Positions 11,203 through 21,781 of a DNA stretch of 64,000 nt are shown here, piece by piece. This stretch comes from Nitrospiraceae bacterium (GTDB taxonomy: Bacteria; Nitrospirota; Nitrospiria; Nitrospirales; Nitrospiraceae). The notes beneath the pieces are model-generated. The model did no database searches. It saw nothing but the letters and a program-made list of their open reading frames with translations, and was not told the DNA's origin. Each line of letters starts with the position of its first letter. Within the stretch, counting starts at the first letter, position 1. Both the position numbers and the translations under genes were made by a program. The stretch is from contig JBFWWG010000003.1 of assembly GCA_050246315.1 (NCBI GenBank), forward strand, positions 192,001-256,000, written 5' to 3'.

Positions 11203-11338
11203 TTCTCGTTCGGATTCGTGCCTCGTTCCCGGCCTTCAACATCCCTTGTTCTCTCCCATATGCTCGGCAGGATTTCACGGACGCCCCGATCGTCACCCCC
11301 CATCTCGAGTCGATCCAGGATGCGGGAGCCTGAGCCTG

Positions 11339-12658
11339 ATGCCGGGGGAGCACGTGATTGGCCGCCTCGACGACGCGCCGGGCCTATCCCCCGATCGCGC
11401 CAGGACCGAGCGTCACCGCTGGCTGTTGACTCGTGACTTTGGCCTGATCTGGTCGAGCCAAATTCTGTCGCAGATTGCCGACGGCGTGAGCAAATTAGCC
11501 TTGCTCTGGTTTGTGTACTCTGTCACCGGCTCCGCGATCAAGACCACCATCATCGGATTGCTTCAGACGCTGCCCGCCATCATCCTGGGCCCGCTGATCG
11601 GAGTCACCGTCGACCGTCTTCCCAAGAAGGCGGTGTTGATCGGAAGCGATCTTGCCCGCGCGGTCCTGATCGGTCTGATCCCCTGCATCTTGTCCGTCGA
11701 ACGGTTCACGCCAACCATGCTGTACGTATTGACGTTGGGATACGGCATCGCCAGCGCCCTGTTTGTCCCCGCCTTGTCCGCCTCCGTTCCTTCGCTGGTA
11801 GACCGATCGCGGTTTACGGCGGCCAATGCCCTCCTCCAAAGCACCACCAGCATCGGCATCATCGCTGGACCGGCGATCAGCGGCCTCGGTATCGCCTATG
11901 CCGGTTCACAGGACGTCTTGTGCCTCAACGCCGTGACGTACGTCGCCTCCGTCCTCTGCCTCTTGCCGATTCGATTCTCGGGCTCGACAGGCGCCTCGGC
12001 GGCTTCCAGCTCCTCGCCAGGAATACTCGCGGATCTCCTGGCCGGGCTGCGCTACGCGCTCGTCTCGCACCGCGCCGTCCTCGTGCTGATCCTGCTCGCC
12101 TCGCTCTATACGTTCGGAGCCGGTGCCTTCACGACCCTGTTTCCGGTCTATGGCCGGCGCCTGCTCAATCTGGGGCCCATCGAGGTCGGGTATCTCTGGT
12201 CCTGGCTGGGTGTCGGCTTGCTGATCGCGTCACTCGGTCTCGTCCGACTATCGGACCGGGACATGGCGACGCGCCTGCAGGCCGTGACGGTCAGCAGTCT
12301 CTTGGGCGGGGCGGCACTCTGTGGGCTGGTGTGGGCGCAGAATTTGTCCGCCGCCACACTCTTGGTTCTCGTGATCGGCCTGGGACTCGGCGTCTGGACA
12401 CCCATTGCTTGGAGCATGGTCCAGGAATTGTGTCCCGCTTCGTTACTCGGCCGAGTGATGGCCATTTACACCGCAGTCGCCACCGCAACCGCCATGGCCG
12501 GTATGACGTTCTTCGGATGGGTGACGGAAGCCTTCGACGAGTCCGTGAGTGTGATCGGGATCGGCATGGCGTTGACTGTCCTGGCCGGGGCTTCATATTG
12601 GTTCAAATCAAGCCTCGTGCGCTCGGACGGAGGTCTCGTCAATGGCCGGCGATCGTGA
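11339..12658 (+). CDS. MFS transporter, paralogue of the preceding gene
   Basis: RDFGLIWSSQILSQIA, KLALLWFVY, GVTVDRLPKK; start uncertain. Confidence 0.88.
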   Translation: MPGEHVIGRLDDAPGLSPDRARTERHRWLLTRDFGLIWSSQILSQIADGVSKLALLWFVYSVTGSAIKTTIIGLLQTLPAIILGPLIGVTVDRLPKKAVLIGSDLARAVLIGLIPCILSVERFTPTMLYVLTLGYGIASALFVPALSASVPSLVDRSRFTAANALLQSTTSIGIIAGPAISGLGIAYAGSQDVLCLNAVTYVASVLCLLPIRFSGSTGASAASSSSPGILADLLAGLRYALVSHRAVLVLILLASLYTFGAGAFTTLFPVYGRRLLNLGPIEVGYLWSWLGVGLLIASLGLVRLSDRDMATRLQAVTVSSLLGGAALCGLVWAQNLSAATLLVLVIGLGLGVWTPIAWSMVQELCPASLLGRVMAIYTAVATATAMAGMTFFGWVTEAFDESVSVIGIGMALTVLAGASYWFKSSLVRSDGGLVNGRRS

Positions 12659-12742
12659 ACCGTGGGGTCGCCGCGACGGGTCGACCGGGAGGTCAACCCG
12701 TTGCCAGGTGGGGCGGGACCTTCGCGACCGGCCGAGGATGGC

Positions 12743-13369
12743 CTATTTCGCCGGTTTCAAGGCGTCCCGCTGGCGCTGGAGTTCGGTTTTCAATTGCTCG
12801 CGTTCCTGCATGAGCGTGGCAACCTTCGTGCTGAGCGCGTCCCGCTCGGCGGCCGCTTCCTGCAGCCGACTGATCTCCAGCTCCTGCTCTTCCAGCCGTT
12901 TTTCCAGCTCAAACGCGCGTGCGGCAGATGTTTCCAATTCTCCCATCCGTTTTTGAATCCGCGCAATCTCATCCTTCGTCGTGGTGGTGCCCGTCATCAG
13001 TTTCTGCTTCTCCTCCCGAAGCGTGGCAACCTTGACCTGTTCCACCGCCAGTTTCGTCTCTACATCCTTGGCACCGTTGCGAGCTTCTGTGAGTTCGTTC
13101 AGCAGTTTCGCCTTCTGCTGGTGTACGGCATCGAGTTCGGCCATCGCCTTTTTTTTGAAGCTTTCACAGGTCGCCGCCGCTTGGGCTTCACTTTTTCGAA
13201 CCTCGGCTTCCGCCTTGCGCGCTTCGATCTCCGCCTTTCGCGCCTCGGCTTCGTTTTTGCGGGCCTCATCGAGATTCGTCAACAACTGTTGATGGGTTGC
13301 TCTCGGAACACAGCCGGACACCAGCAGTCCGCCTGCACAGACCGCGGCGACCACAATTGGGACCATCAT
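12743..13369 (-). CDS. Coiled-coil lipoprotein
   Basis: Lipobox LVSGC; E/A/K-rich heptads (EARKAE repeats); RBS GGAGGAG. Confidence 0.7.
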   Translation of the reverse strand: MMVPIVVAAVCAGGLLVSGCVPRATHQQLLTNLDEARKNEAEARKAEIEARKAEAEVRKSEAQAAATCESFKKKAMAELDAVHQQKAKLLNELTEARNGAKDVETKLAVEQVKVATLREEKQKLMTGTTTTKDEIARIQKRMGELETSAARAFELEKRLEEQELEISRLQEAAAERDALSTKVATLMQEREQLKTELQRQRDALKPAK

Positions 13370-13549
13370 GTCGCTCTCTCCTCCTCCAGCGGCGCAGACG
13401 CGTTGCGCACACGTCCACGTTGGAAGTCATTATGCGCTTTGCGATGGTCAAATGCCACCCGACGGAGCATGGTTCATCGTCGGGTCGAGGCTGCCCGGCC
13501 GCGAAGAGATGACGGCATGGTAGATCGAGGTCGGATGCCGCGTCTTCCG

Positions 13550-14056
13550 TCAGTCACGCGAGGTGGGAGGAGTCGGTTCCGTCTCACGCAACAGGACGCG
13601 GAGGCTGGTTAGAAATTCCCGGTTGCAGAACGGCTTTCGAATCCACTGCAGGGGTGCGGCATGCGGCAGATGAAGCGTGGGGGCAAGCGGCGCGCCGGAA
13701 GGGACCTGCACCGTCGCCAGGAGCACCGGGATGGGCTGCGGACGCACACGCATCCAGGTATTCAACTGATCAAGCGACCCGTCGTTCCATTCCAAAGAGA
13801 CCGTATCGATATCAATGACCAGGCAGCGGACGCGGCTGGGACGGCAGCGGACCACGATCGCCTTGATCGTCGTCACCACTTCGCTGTTGATGCTCGCCTG
13901 GTCGAGCAGTTCGGACATCATGGCGGCTAAGGTTGCATCCGCCTCGACGATCAACACGATGCGATCGGAATGGCCCCGGCGGCGAGCCGCTCGTTCGCCG
14001 GCGATCATCCGAGTGGACGAACCGGTTTGCTCAGCCGGTGGGAGGCTACCCATCAT
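13550..14056 (-). CDS. Degenerate single-domain response-regulator-like protein
   Basis: VLIVEAD, LVIDID and KPF receiver-like motifs. Confidence 0.55.
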   Translation of the reverse strand: MMGSLPPAEQTGSSTRMIAGERAARRRGHSDRIVLIVEADATLAAMMSELLDQASINSEVVTTIKAIVVRCRPSRVRCLVIDIDTVSLEWNDGSLDQLNTWMRVRPQPIPVLLATVQVPSGAPLAPTLHLPHAAPLQWIRKPFCNREFLTSLRVLLRETEPTPPTSRD

Positions 14057-14322
14057 GGAGATCCCTGCGTTCGTAACTCGCAGACAACCCGTCCGCTCAG
14101 CTCATCCAGCCGGCACGAGTCGGCGGCTGCTGACCGTGTGCTGATACGCAAAAATGGTACCAATCGAGGCTCACGCTCCTGTCGCATCCCGATGCGCGCA
14201 TTCTCAGATCGGCATTGGGGCGACGGCTTTGCGAGTCGGCCGATCTCCTCGAATCGGACCTGAACCCGCGAGGTGGCCGGGTCGTTTGCACAATGAAAAT
14301 CGGCGCAGTATATAGTATCGGC

Positions 14323-15957
14323 ATGACGGACGATCGCTCCCCAATGGGATTGGCGGCGAAAGCTTCGTTGGTCATTCTGCTCATCGTCGGACTGTCGGCG
14401 GTCGCGATGGAAGCCGTCGATCGCTACTATGTCCAGCAGGTGATTCAAGAACATTATCAGGACGAAGTCATGGGGGTGGTGCGCCAGGTCGGCGCAGGCA
14501 TCACCGCCCGGACCGACTTTGCAAACCAATCGGCGCGCGAATTAGAGCTGGTCAAACTGCGAGCAAGCCGACCCGATTTGGTCAATATCAGCATCTACGC
14601 GCTATCGGACCTCGGGCTCAGTCTGTTGGCCCACGCTGGCCAGGCACCCGCTGCCACCTTCGCACAGGCACCGCCTCTCGCCATGCACGCCATCGAGAAG
14701 GACTTGTCCTTGAGCGATCGACAAAGTTGGGCGACGGACCATCGGCTGAAGATTACGGCGCCCATTTCCGTCGATGGTCGGCGGGTCGGAGCGGCTTATG
14801 CTGAATTTTCGACGTTGGATTTTGACAACCTCCTGGATCTCATCCGGCGCCTCTCCTTTTCCCTCAGACTGCTCACGTGGCTCGGCGTGGTCCTGGCCAT
14901 CAACTTTTTCGTGTACCTGGCGGTCCATCGCCCGACCCGATCCCTGTTATCCGCCGTCAAGGCGGTCACATCCGGTAACCTCACGACGACGGTACCGGTT
15001 GCCAGCCGCGACGAGATTGGGATGTTGGGCCAGGAGTTCAACCGGATGGTTGAACGAATCCGGCTCACCACGGAGGAGAACGCGCACCTGTACGAAAAGG
15101 TGAAGCATGCCAACGAAAGCCTCGTACGCAAGGTGAGAGACGCTACGGCCGAACTCCGGCAGAAGAACCAGGAACTGGCCCGCACTAATGAGTTGCTCTC
15201 GACCGTGCAGCGAGAGGCTGCGCGCGCGCAACGGCTGTCGGTCATCGGTCAACTCGCAGCCTCTGTGGCCCATAAGATCGGCACCCCGTTGACGGCACTG
15301 TCCGGCCACATTCAGTTATTGCAGGAAGATCCTCAACTCAGTGCGGAGGCTCGGGCGCGTCTGCGCACGGTGGAAGCCCAGATTGACCGGACGATCAAGA
15401 TCATCCAAGATCTGCTCATCTACGCTCGCCGTCCCGAACTGGTGAAGACGATCCTCGATGTCAACGAGAGCATGCAGGAATGCCTGGCGCTCTTACGACC
15501 CGAGATGGATCGGCGGAAAGTCGATACCATTCTGCAGTGCAATTCGACCCTGGGCAAGGTGGAAGGAGATCAACAGCAGCTTCAGGAAGTATTCTGCAAT
15601 TTGATCGAGAATGCATTGGATGCCATGCCGAAAGGGGGCACGTTGACGATTCGCACGGCCCCCACCAGATTGCACCGGGCAGGAGAGATGAGCGACCAGG
15701 TTGCGATCGAGATCGCCGACACCGGACAGGGCATTGCCCCCGAGTATACGGAGAAGATTTTCGAACCATTTTTCACGACTAAGACGGCAGGACGAGGCAC
15801 AGGGCTCGGCCTGGCGATCGCCCACGATACGGTCAAGGCCCACGGCGGGGCCATTCATGTGCACAGCGAACTTGGGAAAGGAACGCACTTTCAAGTGCTG
15901 CTCCCGATCGCAAAAGGAGTCCCTGATGCCGGATCCGCCTCGCGTCCTGGTCGTTGA
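14323..15957 (+). CDS. HAMP-domain sensor histidine kinase
   Basis: Two TMs, HAMP ([13 protein letters not shown]), H-box [10 protein letters not shown] boxes [22 protein letters not shown]; start uncertain. Confidence 0.92.
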   Translation: MTDDRSPMGLAAKASLVILLIVGLSAVAMEAVDRYYVQQVIQEHYQDEVMGVVRQVGAGITARTDFANQSARELELVKLRASRPDLVNISIYALSDLGLSLLAHAGQAPAATFAQAPPLAMHAIEKDLSLSDRQSWATDHRLKITAPISVDGRRVGAAYAEFSTLDFDNLLDLIRRLSFSLRLLTWLGVVLAINFFVYLAVHRPTRSLLSAVKAVTSGNLTTTVPVASRDEIGMLGQEFNRMVERIRLTTEENAHLYEKVKHANESLVRKVRDATAELRQKNQELARTNELLSTVQREAARAQRLSVIGQLAASVAHKIGTPLTALSGHIQLLQEDPQLSAEARARLRTVEAQIDRTIKIIQDLLIYARRPELVKTILDVNESMQECLALLRPEMDRRKVDTILQCNSTLGKVEGDQQQLQEVFCNLIENALDAMPKGGTLTIRTAPTRLHRAGEMSDQVAIEIADTGQGIAPEYTEKIFEPFFTTKTAGRGTGLGLAIAHDTVKAHGGAIHVHSELGKGTHFQVLLPIAKGVPDAGSASRPGR

Positions 15958-17344
15958 CGACGACGTCGACACCTTGCTGCTCCTCGAAGAGATCCTGACG
16001 AAAGAAGGGTACAAGGTTCGGACGGCCGAGCATGCCGAATCCGCATTGAGCCTCGCCGCGCAGGAGGAGGCGGATGTCGTCGTCACCGACATCCAGATGC
16101 CGGGGATGGACGGATTGGCCTTGCTGTCGGAATTGCAGCGGCGGCATCCCCAGACCTTGGTCGTGCTGGCTACGGCGTTCGGCTCGTTGAAGACTGCCGT
16201 CGATGGCATCAAGGCCGGCGCGTTCGACTACCTCGGCAAACCCTTTGTTGTGGACGACATCCGGTTGGTCGTCCGGCGGGCGATCGAGCACAAACGGGTC
16301 ATCAACGAAAACGCGGCACTGCGGGAGCAACTCAAGGAACGCTATCGGTTCGACAATTTCGTGGGTAGTTCAGCGGGAATGATCGCCGTCTATAAGATGA
16401 TCGCCCGGGTAGCCCAGAGCGACAGCACCGTGCTGATCCAGGGAGAGAGTGGGACGGGGAAGGAGTTGGTCGCCCGTGCGATCCATGCCAATAGCGCCCG
16501 CTGTTCCGGTCCGTTCGTCGCCGTGGACGCCGGGACGCTTACAGAAAGCCTGCTGGAATCCGAGTTGTTCGGACACGAGCGCGGTTCGTTTACCGGCGCC
16601 CTGACCACCAAAAAGGGCCTGTTGGAACGGGCTCATACCGGCACCTGCTTCTTGGACGAGGTCGCGGACATCTCGCCGACGCTGCAAAGCAAACTCCTGC
16701 GGGTGATCCAAGAACGGGAAATTCGACGCGTCGGCGGCAGCGATCCCATCAGCGTGGACGTCCGCATCCTCGCCGCCTCCAATAAAGACCTCAAAAGCCT
16801 GGTGGACTCCGGAAAATTTCGAGGCGATTTGTACTATCGGTTGAACGTCGTGACCATCGTTCTGCCCCCCCTTCGGGAACGGACGGATGACATCCCGCTC
16901 CTGGTCCAGTTCTTCGCTCAGAAATACGGCTCCGCTCAAGGCAAGCCGGCAATCGGTATCTCGACAGAAGCGATGGATCTGATCACGACCTATTTCTGGC
17001 CCGGTAATGTGAGGGAATTGGAGCATGTGATCGAACGAGCGGTCGTGCTCACTCCGCATCCCGTCATCTTTCCCGAAGATCTCCCCGAAGCTCTTCGCGA
17101 GCATCCAATGGCGGATAGACAGTCGCGCAGCGGATGGGTGACCCTGGATCAGTTGGAACGAGACTATATTCTGCGGGCCTTGGCCGCTCACCAACAGGAC
17201 CAGGGAAGGACGGCTGACCTCCTCGGCATTCACCGGAAAACCCTCCAGCGTAAGCTTCGCAAGTACGGCCTGGCGGAAGCCGGAGGCATGGAAGAGGCTA
17301 CTCCGGCCGAGGAACCGGCGATCGAACAGGAGGAATCCCTATGA
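15926..17344 (+). CDS. Sigma54-dependent NtrC/AtoC-type response regulator
   Basis: Receiver VLVVDDD, GESGTGKE, ESELFGHERGSFTGA, WPGNVRELE, Fis-type HTH. Confidence 0.95.
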   Translation: MPDPPRVLVVDDDVDTLLLLEEILTKEGYKVRTAEHAESALSLAAQEEADVVVTDIQMPGMDGLALLSELQRRHPQTLVVLATAFGSLKTAVDGIKAGAFDYLGKPFVVDDIRLVVRRAIEHKRVINENAALREQLKERYRFDNFVGSSAGMIAVYKMIARVAQSDSTVLIQGESGTGKELVARAIHANSARCSGPFVAVDAGTLTESLLESELFGHERGSFTGALTTKKGLLERAHTGTCFLDEVADISPTLQSKLLRVIQEREIRRVGGSDPISVDVRILAASNKDLKSLVDSGKFRGDLYYRLNVVTIVLPPLRERTDDIPLLVQFFAQKYGSAQGKPAIGISTEAMDLITTYFWPGNVRELEHVIERAVVLTPHPVIFPEDLPEALREHPMADRQSRSGWVTLDQLERDYILRALAAHQQDQGRTADLLGIHRKTLQRKLRKYGLAEAGGMEEATPAEEPAIEQEESL

Positions 17345-17429
17345 ACTGGACCAAAGGGCCATATCTGTGAGCCTGCGGCTGCGTTGACGTGAACGACCAC
17401 GTCACTTGACACGTCGCTTGAATGGACGG

Positions 17430-17639
17430 CTAGCCCATATTATTCATGACGGTTCGTCGCGAAACCGCGAGGTCGCCACGCGAGAGGGGCTCGCCATACC
17501 GCACTCCGTGTGAGCCGACGGCTCACCGGGCAAAGTCCCTCTTCATTGTCGCCGCCGGAGAAATCCCTTCGATTGGCCGACCTGTCGTAGCGGCGAATGC
17601 ACGGTTGCAGCAGAGGAGGTCATGAAGAATGTGGGCTAG
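17430..17639 (+). mobile_element. Full MITE-like copy flanked by CTAG
   Basis: CTAGCCCATATTATTCATGAC...GTCATGAAGAATGTGGGCTAG terminal inverted repeats, 210 bp; subterminal sequence shared with the 51801 copy. Confidence 0.85.
17494..17568 (+). repeat. 75-bp direct repeat copy B (of the tRNA-Gly 3' flank), inside the MITE
   Basis: 80% identical, ungapped, to 7319-7393. Confidence 0.7.
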
Positions 17640-18269
17640 ACTCCGGATCGAAGCAACCCCGCCCGCTCACTGTATGGATCTGACTCTCATGAATACGGTT
17701 CCAATTTCTCTCTCCTTCCCCTCGCGGCACCGGACGGAATGTGCCTCGAATAGACAAACTATTCCCTGCCAAACTACTGAATAACGCACGCAATTCGCTC
17801 CAGCACTCCGGCCGTTCATGACAGCAAGTGACTACCACGAGGCCGACCTTCCTGTGAGGCCGACACTCGATGATCCCTTCGTCAACAAATCAGCCCGTTA
17901 GAAGGCAGCGCCTCTCGCCGAGTCAGGTCCGCAGTTTGCACATCCTCTCGACAGCATGTCGGGGCGAGCCGTGAAGCCGTCGAAAGAGGAGTTGGGTCGC
18001 GACCATCGAGCCTGCATGATCCACATCCACGATGACTTCTACGGCTACCGTCGTCCGATCCATTGCGGGAGAAGAGCACCGGGTGCCTCGGGTGCGACAA
18101 GGTTGGCCGCACCTGAAGGGCGGCCAACCGCGCGAGTTCGCTCCTCACCCCCTCGGCATGCTGTTCCGAGTAGGCCTCGGAGTCTCGCGATTCCGCACGG
18201 AGGTACCCATTGCGGCGAGGTATCCCTTGCCCTCCAGTTCGCAAGCGGTCGGAGCCATGGGTCCAACGC

Positions 18270-18319
18270 GTTGCACCTCCGCGGTTTCGTCACGAAATCT
18301 CGTGCAGCATGCGGGCTGG
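18270..18319 (-). mobile_element. Degenerate MITE end
   Basis: CTCCGCGGTTTCGTCACGAAATCTCGTGCAGCATGCGGGCTGG is nearly identical to 35-77; the other end is possibly near 18007. Confidence 0.65.
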
Positions 18320-18405
18320 GGAGACTAGTAAGGAACCTGCGGGGCCAGGGCCACAAGACTGTATCCGGTTCCACGAGATGTCCTTTCACCTAAGGAGACA
18401 CATTC

Positions 18406-19518
18406 ATGAAAATTGCACAAGTCGCGCCCCTTTGGGAAAGTGTTCCGCCGACCCTTTATGGAGGCACGGAACGGGTAGTCTCGTTCATCACCGAGGAATT
18501 GGTGCGCTTGGGGCATGATGTCACGCTGTTTGCCAGCGGTGATTCGGTCACTTCCGCTCGTTTAGATGCCATCTGCCCTCGGGCCCTGCGCTTGATCGAA
18601 GGCGTGTTCAATCGTGATGCCCCGTTGATCTCGCTCATGGAGCGCGCCTTCGGCGCCTCTCGATCGGCCTCTGATTTCGATGTGATCCATTCTCATTTGG
18701 ACTTCATCGGATTTCCCTTGGCTCGTCGTTGCTCCACCCCGGTGGTGACCACCTTCCATGGACGGTTGGATCTTCCTGAACTACGACCGGTCTTCGACGA
18801 GTTCGCGGAGCAGGCGGTCGTTTCGATTTCCGACGCGCAGCGCTTGCCGGTTCCCTGGCTGAATTGGCAAGCCACGGTGCACCACGGGTTGCCGAAAGAT
18901 CTCTACACCTTTCATCCGGAGCCGGGAAAGTACCTGGCGTTCCTCGGTCGTATCGCCCCGGAGAAAAGACCGGATCATGCGATTGAAATCGCCAAACGAG
19001 TGGGCATGCCGCTCCGCATTGCCGCCAAGGTCGATCCGGCCGATCGGGAGTACTTCCGTGCCCAGATTGAGCCGTTGCTCGACCATCCGCTGGTGGAGTA
19101 CATCGGCGAAATCACCGACCCGGAAAAGGATGATTTTCTGGGCCAAGCCTACGCCTTGTTGGCACCTTACGACTGGCCGGAACCCTTCGGACTGGTCTTG
19201 ATTGAAGCGCTGGCCTGCGGCACGCCGGTTCTGGCCTATCAGCGGGGTTCCGTTCCGGAAATCGTTGACCACGGCATCACCGGCTTTATTTCCGAATACC
19301 TAAGCGAGATGGCCGATTCAGTCGAACAGGTGGCACAAATCGACCGTGCCCGCTGCCGCCAGGCTTTTGAACAACGTTTCACCATCGAACGGATGGTCCG
19401 CGGATATCTCAAGGTTTACGAGCAATTGGCCGGATCTCGCAGGACGCGGCTTTTGCGAAACGGCCGCGGAACTCCCCATGCCATTCCCGCGATGAGGACT
19501 CAGACCGTCATGACCTGA
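18406..19518 (+). CDS. Glycosyltransferase family 4
   Basis: MKIAQVAPLWESVPPTLYGGTERVV and WPEPFGLVLIEALACGTPV. Confidence 0.93.
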   Translation: MKIAQVAPLWESVPPTLYGGTERVVSFITEELVRLGHDVTLFASGDSVTSARLDAICPRALRLIEGVFNRDAPLISLMERAFGASRSASDFDVIHSHLDFIGFPLARRCSTPVVTTFHGRLDLPELRPVFDEFAEQAVVSISDAQRLPVPWLNWQATVHHGLPKDLYTFHPEPGKYLAFLGRIAPEKRPDHAIEIAKRVGMPLRIAAKVDPADREYFRAQIEPLLDHPLVEYIGEITDPEKDDFLGQAYALLAPYDWPEPFGLVLIEALACGTPVLAYQRGSVPEIVDHGITGFISEYLSEMADSVEQVAQIDRARCRQAFEQRFTIERMVRGYLKVYEQLAGSRRTRLLRNGRGTPHAIPAMRTQTVMT

Positions 19519-19687
19519 CCGCCTCGGACGCTTGGGGACGAGCGGTCGTTCGGAGGGATCCGACTGCAACCGATCTGCGCGAGCGTTTCGAAGCCGAGCG
19601 GGGCCCTGCTCGTGAGGCGTGAGAGCCCGGCACGCATCAGCGTCCTCGGGCCAGTGGGACGTGACCAGAAGACCGAGGAGGGATGTT

Positions 19688-19867
19688 ATGCGATGTCAGC
19701 GATGCGGCGGGCATATGGTGCAAGAATGGTTTTCGGAGTTCTACGACCGTCGAAGAGGCGACCATATTCAAGGATGGCGCTGCATCAACTGCGGGCACCT
19801 GTTCGATCCGGTGATCCTCTATCGCCAACGGACCATGCCCGCCGCGCCGATGGCTCTCGACACGTAG
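19688..19867 (+). CDS. Small zinc-ribbon protein
   Basis: MRCQRCGG...WRCINCG (two CxxC motifs); RBS GAGGAGG. Confidence 0.7.
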   Translation: MRCQRCGGHMVQEWFSEFYDRRRGDHIQGWRCINCGHLFDPVILYRQRTMPAAPMALDT

Positions 19868-19938
19868 ATCCCTGCACCGATCGGAATCTGGCTCGCGATG
19901 CTCCAGTATCCTTCGTCCCTGAATCCATGCGAGGTGAC

Positions 19939-21633
19939 TCACGCCTCTGTACGGAATCCGTACAGCAACGTGATATTGATCCGCCTGGTCAAATAAGTAT
20001 CTTTGAATCGGACGTCATCGGTCTCATGAAACAGATCTGAATTAAAGATCACCGCCCGGTTACAGCGGTAGGGGATGCGGACCATCTTAGCGCCGGTTTT
20101 TTCGAGAAAGTCTAGAATCATTCCGCGATTCTTCTCGCTGTTGTAGGCTTTGAAGTTCCAGTCGCGCGGAGCCTCCTTGTCCCAGACCACCAGCCCTCCG
20201 GTCTCCGGATCGAGGTTCGCCTCATCCGGTGTGATCCAGAAATTGACGTTCACAGCGGCGGCGTCGGCATGCATCCCCAGCCCTCGCCTCGCGCTGTCGT
20301 GCTTGAACGACCAGGCCTGAGTCAGCCGGTGGTCCTTGAAGATCGCGGGAAAACGGAGACGCAACTCTTCCGCGATCTGAAAGAGCAGAGGGGAGGCGAG
20401 TCCATCGCCGATAAAGGCGCCGAGATAGCCGTTCTCGTACTCCTTCTTCCAAATCGTGGCCTCCAGACAGAACCGTTGCATACCGGCCAAGGCCTCCGGC
20501 GTGAGAAGGTGATCCACATACATGATCTCCGGTTTCTGTCGGTGGTACTCGGCTTCGATCGCCGGCACATCCAACTGCGGGTTCAGCGCACCGGCCGCCA
20601 GGGACTCGGCCTGACTTGGAAAGACGATGCGGTTCAATGACGGCGCGATGGCGGCCGCGTCGTCTTCATTCAGCGACACCCATGTGGACTGAGGCGCCGC
20701 CATATCGGCCTTGTCGCGAACACGCGTCAGCCGATCCAGATAGTCCCTGGAATCAGGCCCCAACCGTCCTTCGCCCATCAAGTATGCGACCTGCTCCGCT
20801 TCATGCTTCAACCTCGCTCGCGAGATGGTCCCTCCGGCGACAGGCCGGCCATGGTCATGTTTGATCTCGGCCGAACGCCTCAGGCTGGCGACCGAGGCCT
20901 CGATCTGCCCCTTCCAGAGATACACCAGCCCGAGATGGTAATGGCCTTTCGGATTCGCCGGCTCGGTGCGAACGACACGCTGGAACGCCGCCACTGCTTC
21001 GTCGAGGCGACCGCTCTCCATCAAGGCGAGCCCCAAGTTATTCTGTGCCTCCACATGTCCGGGCTTGAGACGAAGCGCCTCCCGGTAAGCTTCGATGGCC
21101 TCGTGCACCAGTCCCTGTTCCTTGAGCGCCACCCCGAGACCGTTATGAGCCTCCACAGCGGCAGGATTCGCCACGAGGGCGCGGCGATACGACTCCACGG
21201 CCTCCTCCGATCGTCCTTGATCTCGCAACAGATTACCGAGATTGACGAGGGCGTCGACATAGCGGGGGAATCGGCTGATGGCCTCGCGATAGGCTTCCTC
21301 GGCCTCCGCGACAGCGCCTTTTCGTTGGCTCACGACACCGAGATTGAAATGGTAGGTGGATTGGGAATTGTCCGAGCAAATCGCTCGCCGAATCAACTCG
21401 CAGGCCTCATCGAGTCGCCCCAACCGATAGACCACCAGCCCGAGCAAATGAGCCGCTTCGGCGTGCTCTGGTTGCTGTGCCAGAACGGTTTCATAGAGTC
21501 TGGCCGCCTCCGATAGACGACCGGCCTGGTGATGCGTGCGACCCTCCTGGAGCAGCGGGGCCAGAGCAGTCTGTGCCTGTCGCCCCCCTCCGCGCTGGAG
21601 CTTGTCCTCGCGCCGCCGATCCGCACGGTTCAT
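19939..21633 (-). CDS. TPR protein with C-terminal 2OG-Fe(II)-oxygenase-like domain
   Basis: Several TPR repeats (AHNGLGVALK, AQNNLGLAL); HAD...LFHET...RRINIT facial-triad-like pattern. Confidence 0.8.
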   Translation of the reverse strand: MNRADRRREDKLQRGGGRQAQTALAPLLQEGRTHHQAGRLSEAARLYETVLAQQPEHAEAAHLLGLVVYRLGRLDEACELIRRAICSDNSQSTYHFNLGVVSQRKGAVAEAEEAYREAISRFPRYVDALVNLGNLLRDQGRSEEAVESYRRALVANPAAVEAHNGLGVALKEQGLVHEAIEAYREALRLKPGHVEAQNNLGLALMESGRLDEAVAAFQRVVRTEPANPKGHYHLGLVYLWKGQIEASVASLRRSAEIKHDHGRPVAGGTISRARLKHEAEQVAYLMGEGRLGPDSRDYLDRLTRVRDKADMAAPQSTWVSLNEDDAAAIAPSLNRIVFPSQAESLAAGALNPQLDVPAIEAEYHRQKPEIMYVDHLLTPEALAGMQRFCLEATIWKKEYENGYLGAFIGDGLASPLLFQIAEELRLRFPAIFKDHRLTQAWSFKHDSARRGLGMHADAAAVNVNFWITPDEANLDPETGGLVVWDKEAPRDWNFKAYNSEKNRGMILDFLEKTGAKMVRIPYRCNRAVIFNSDLFHETDDVRFKDTYLTRRINITLLYGFRTEA

Positions 21634-21781
21634 GGCCGCCTCCTCTGATACCCGCTCGACGGAACAGGAACGTGCCAGCGTAGCGCAAACTGATGTGGCC
21701 GGTCAAAGTCGTCGGGGGCAACCTCTCGTGGCAAGGCTGTTCTGCAGAATGTGTCGGCTCGTATGATCCGGTAGGAACGAG

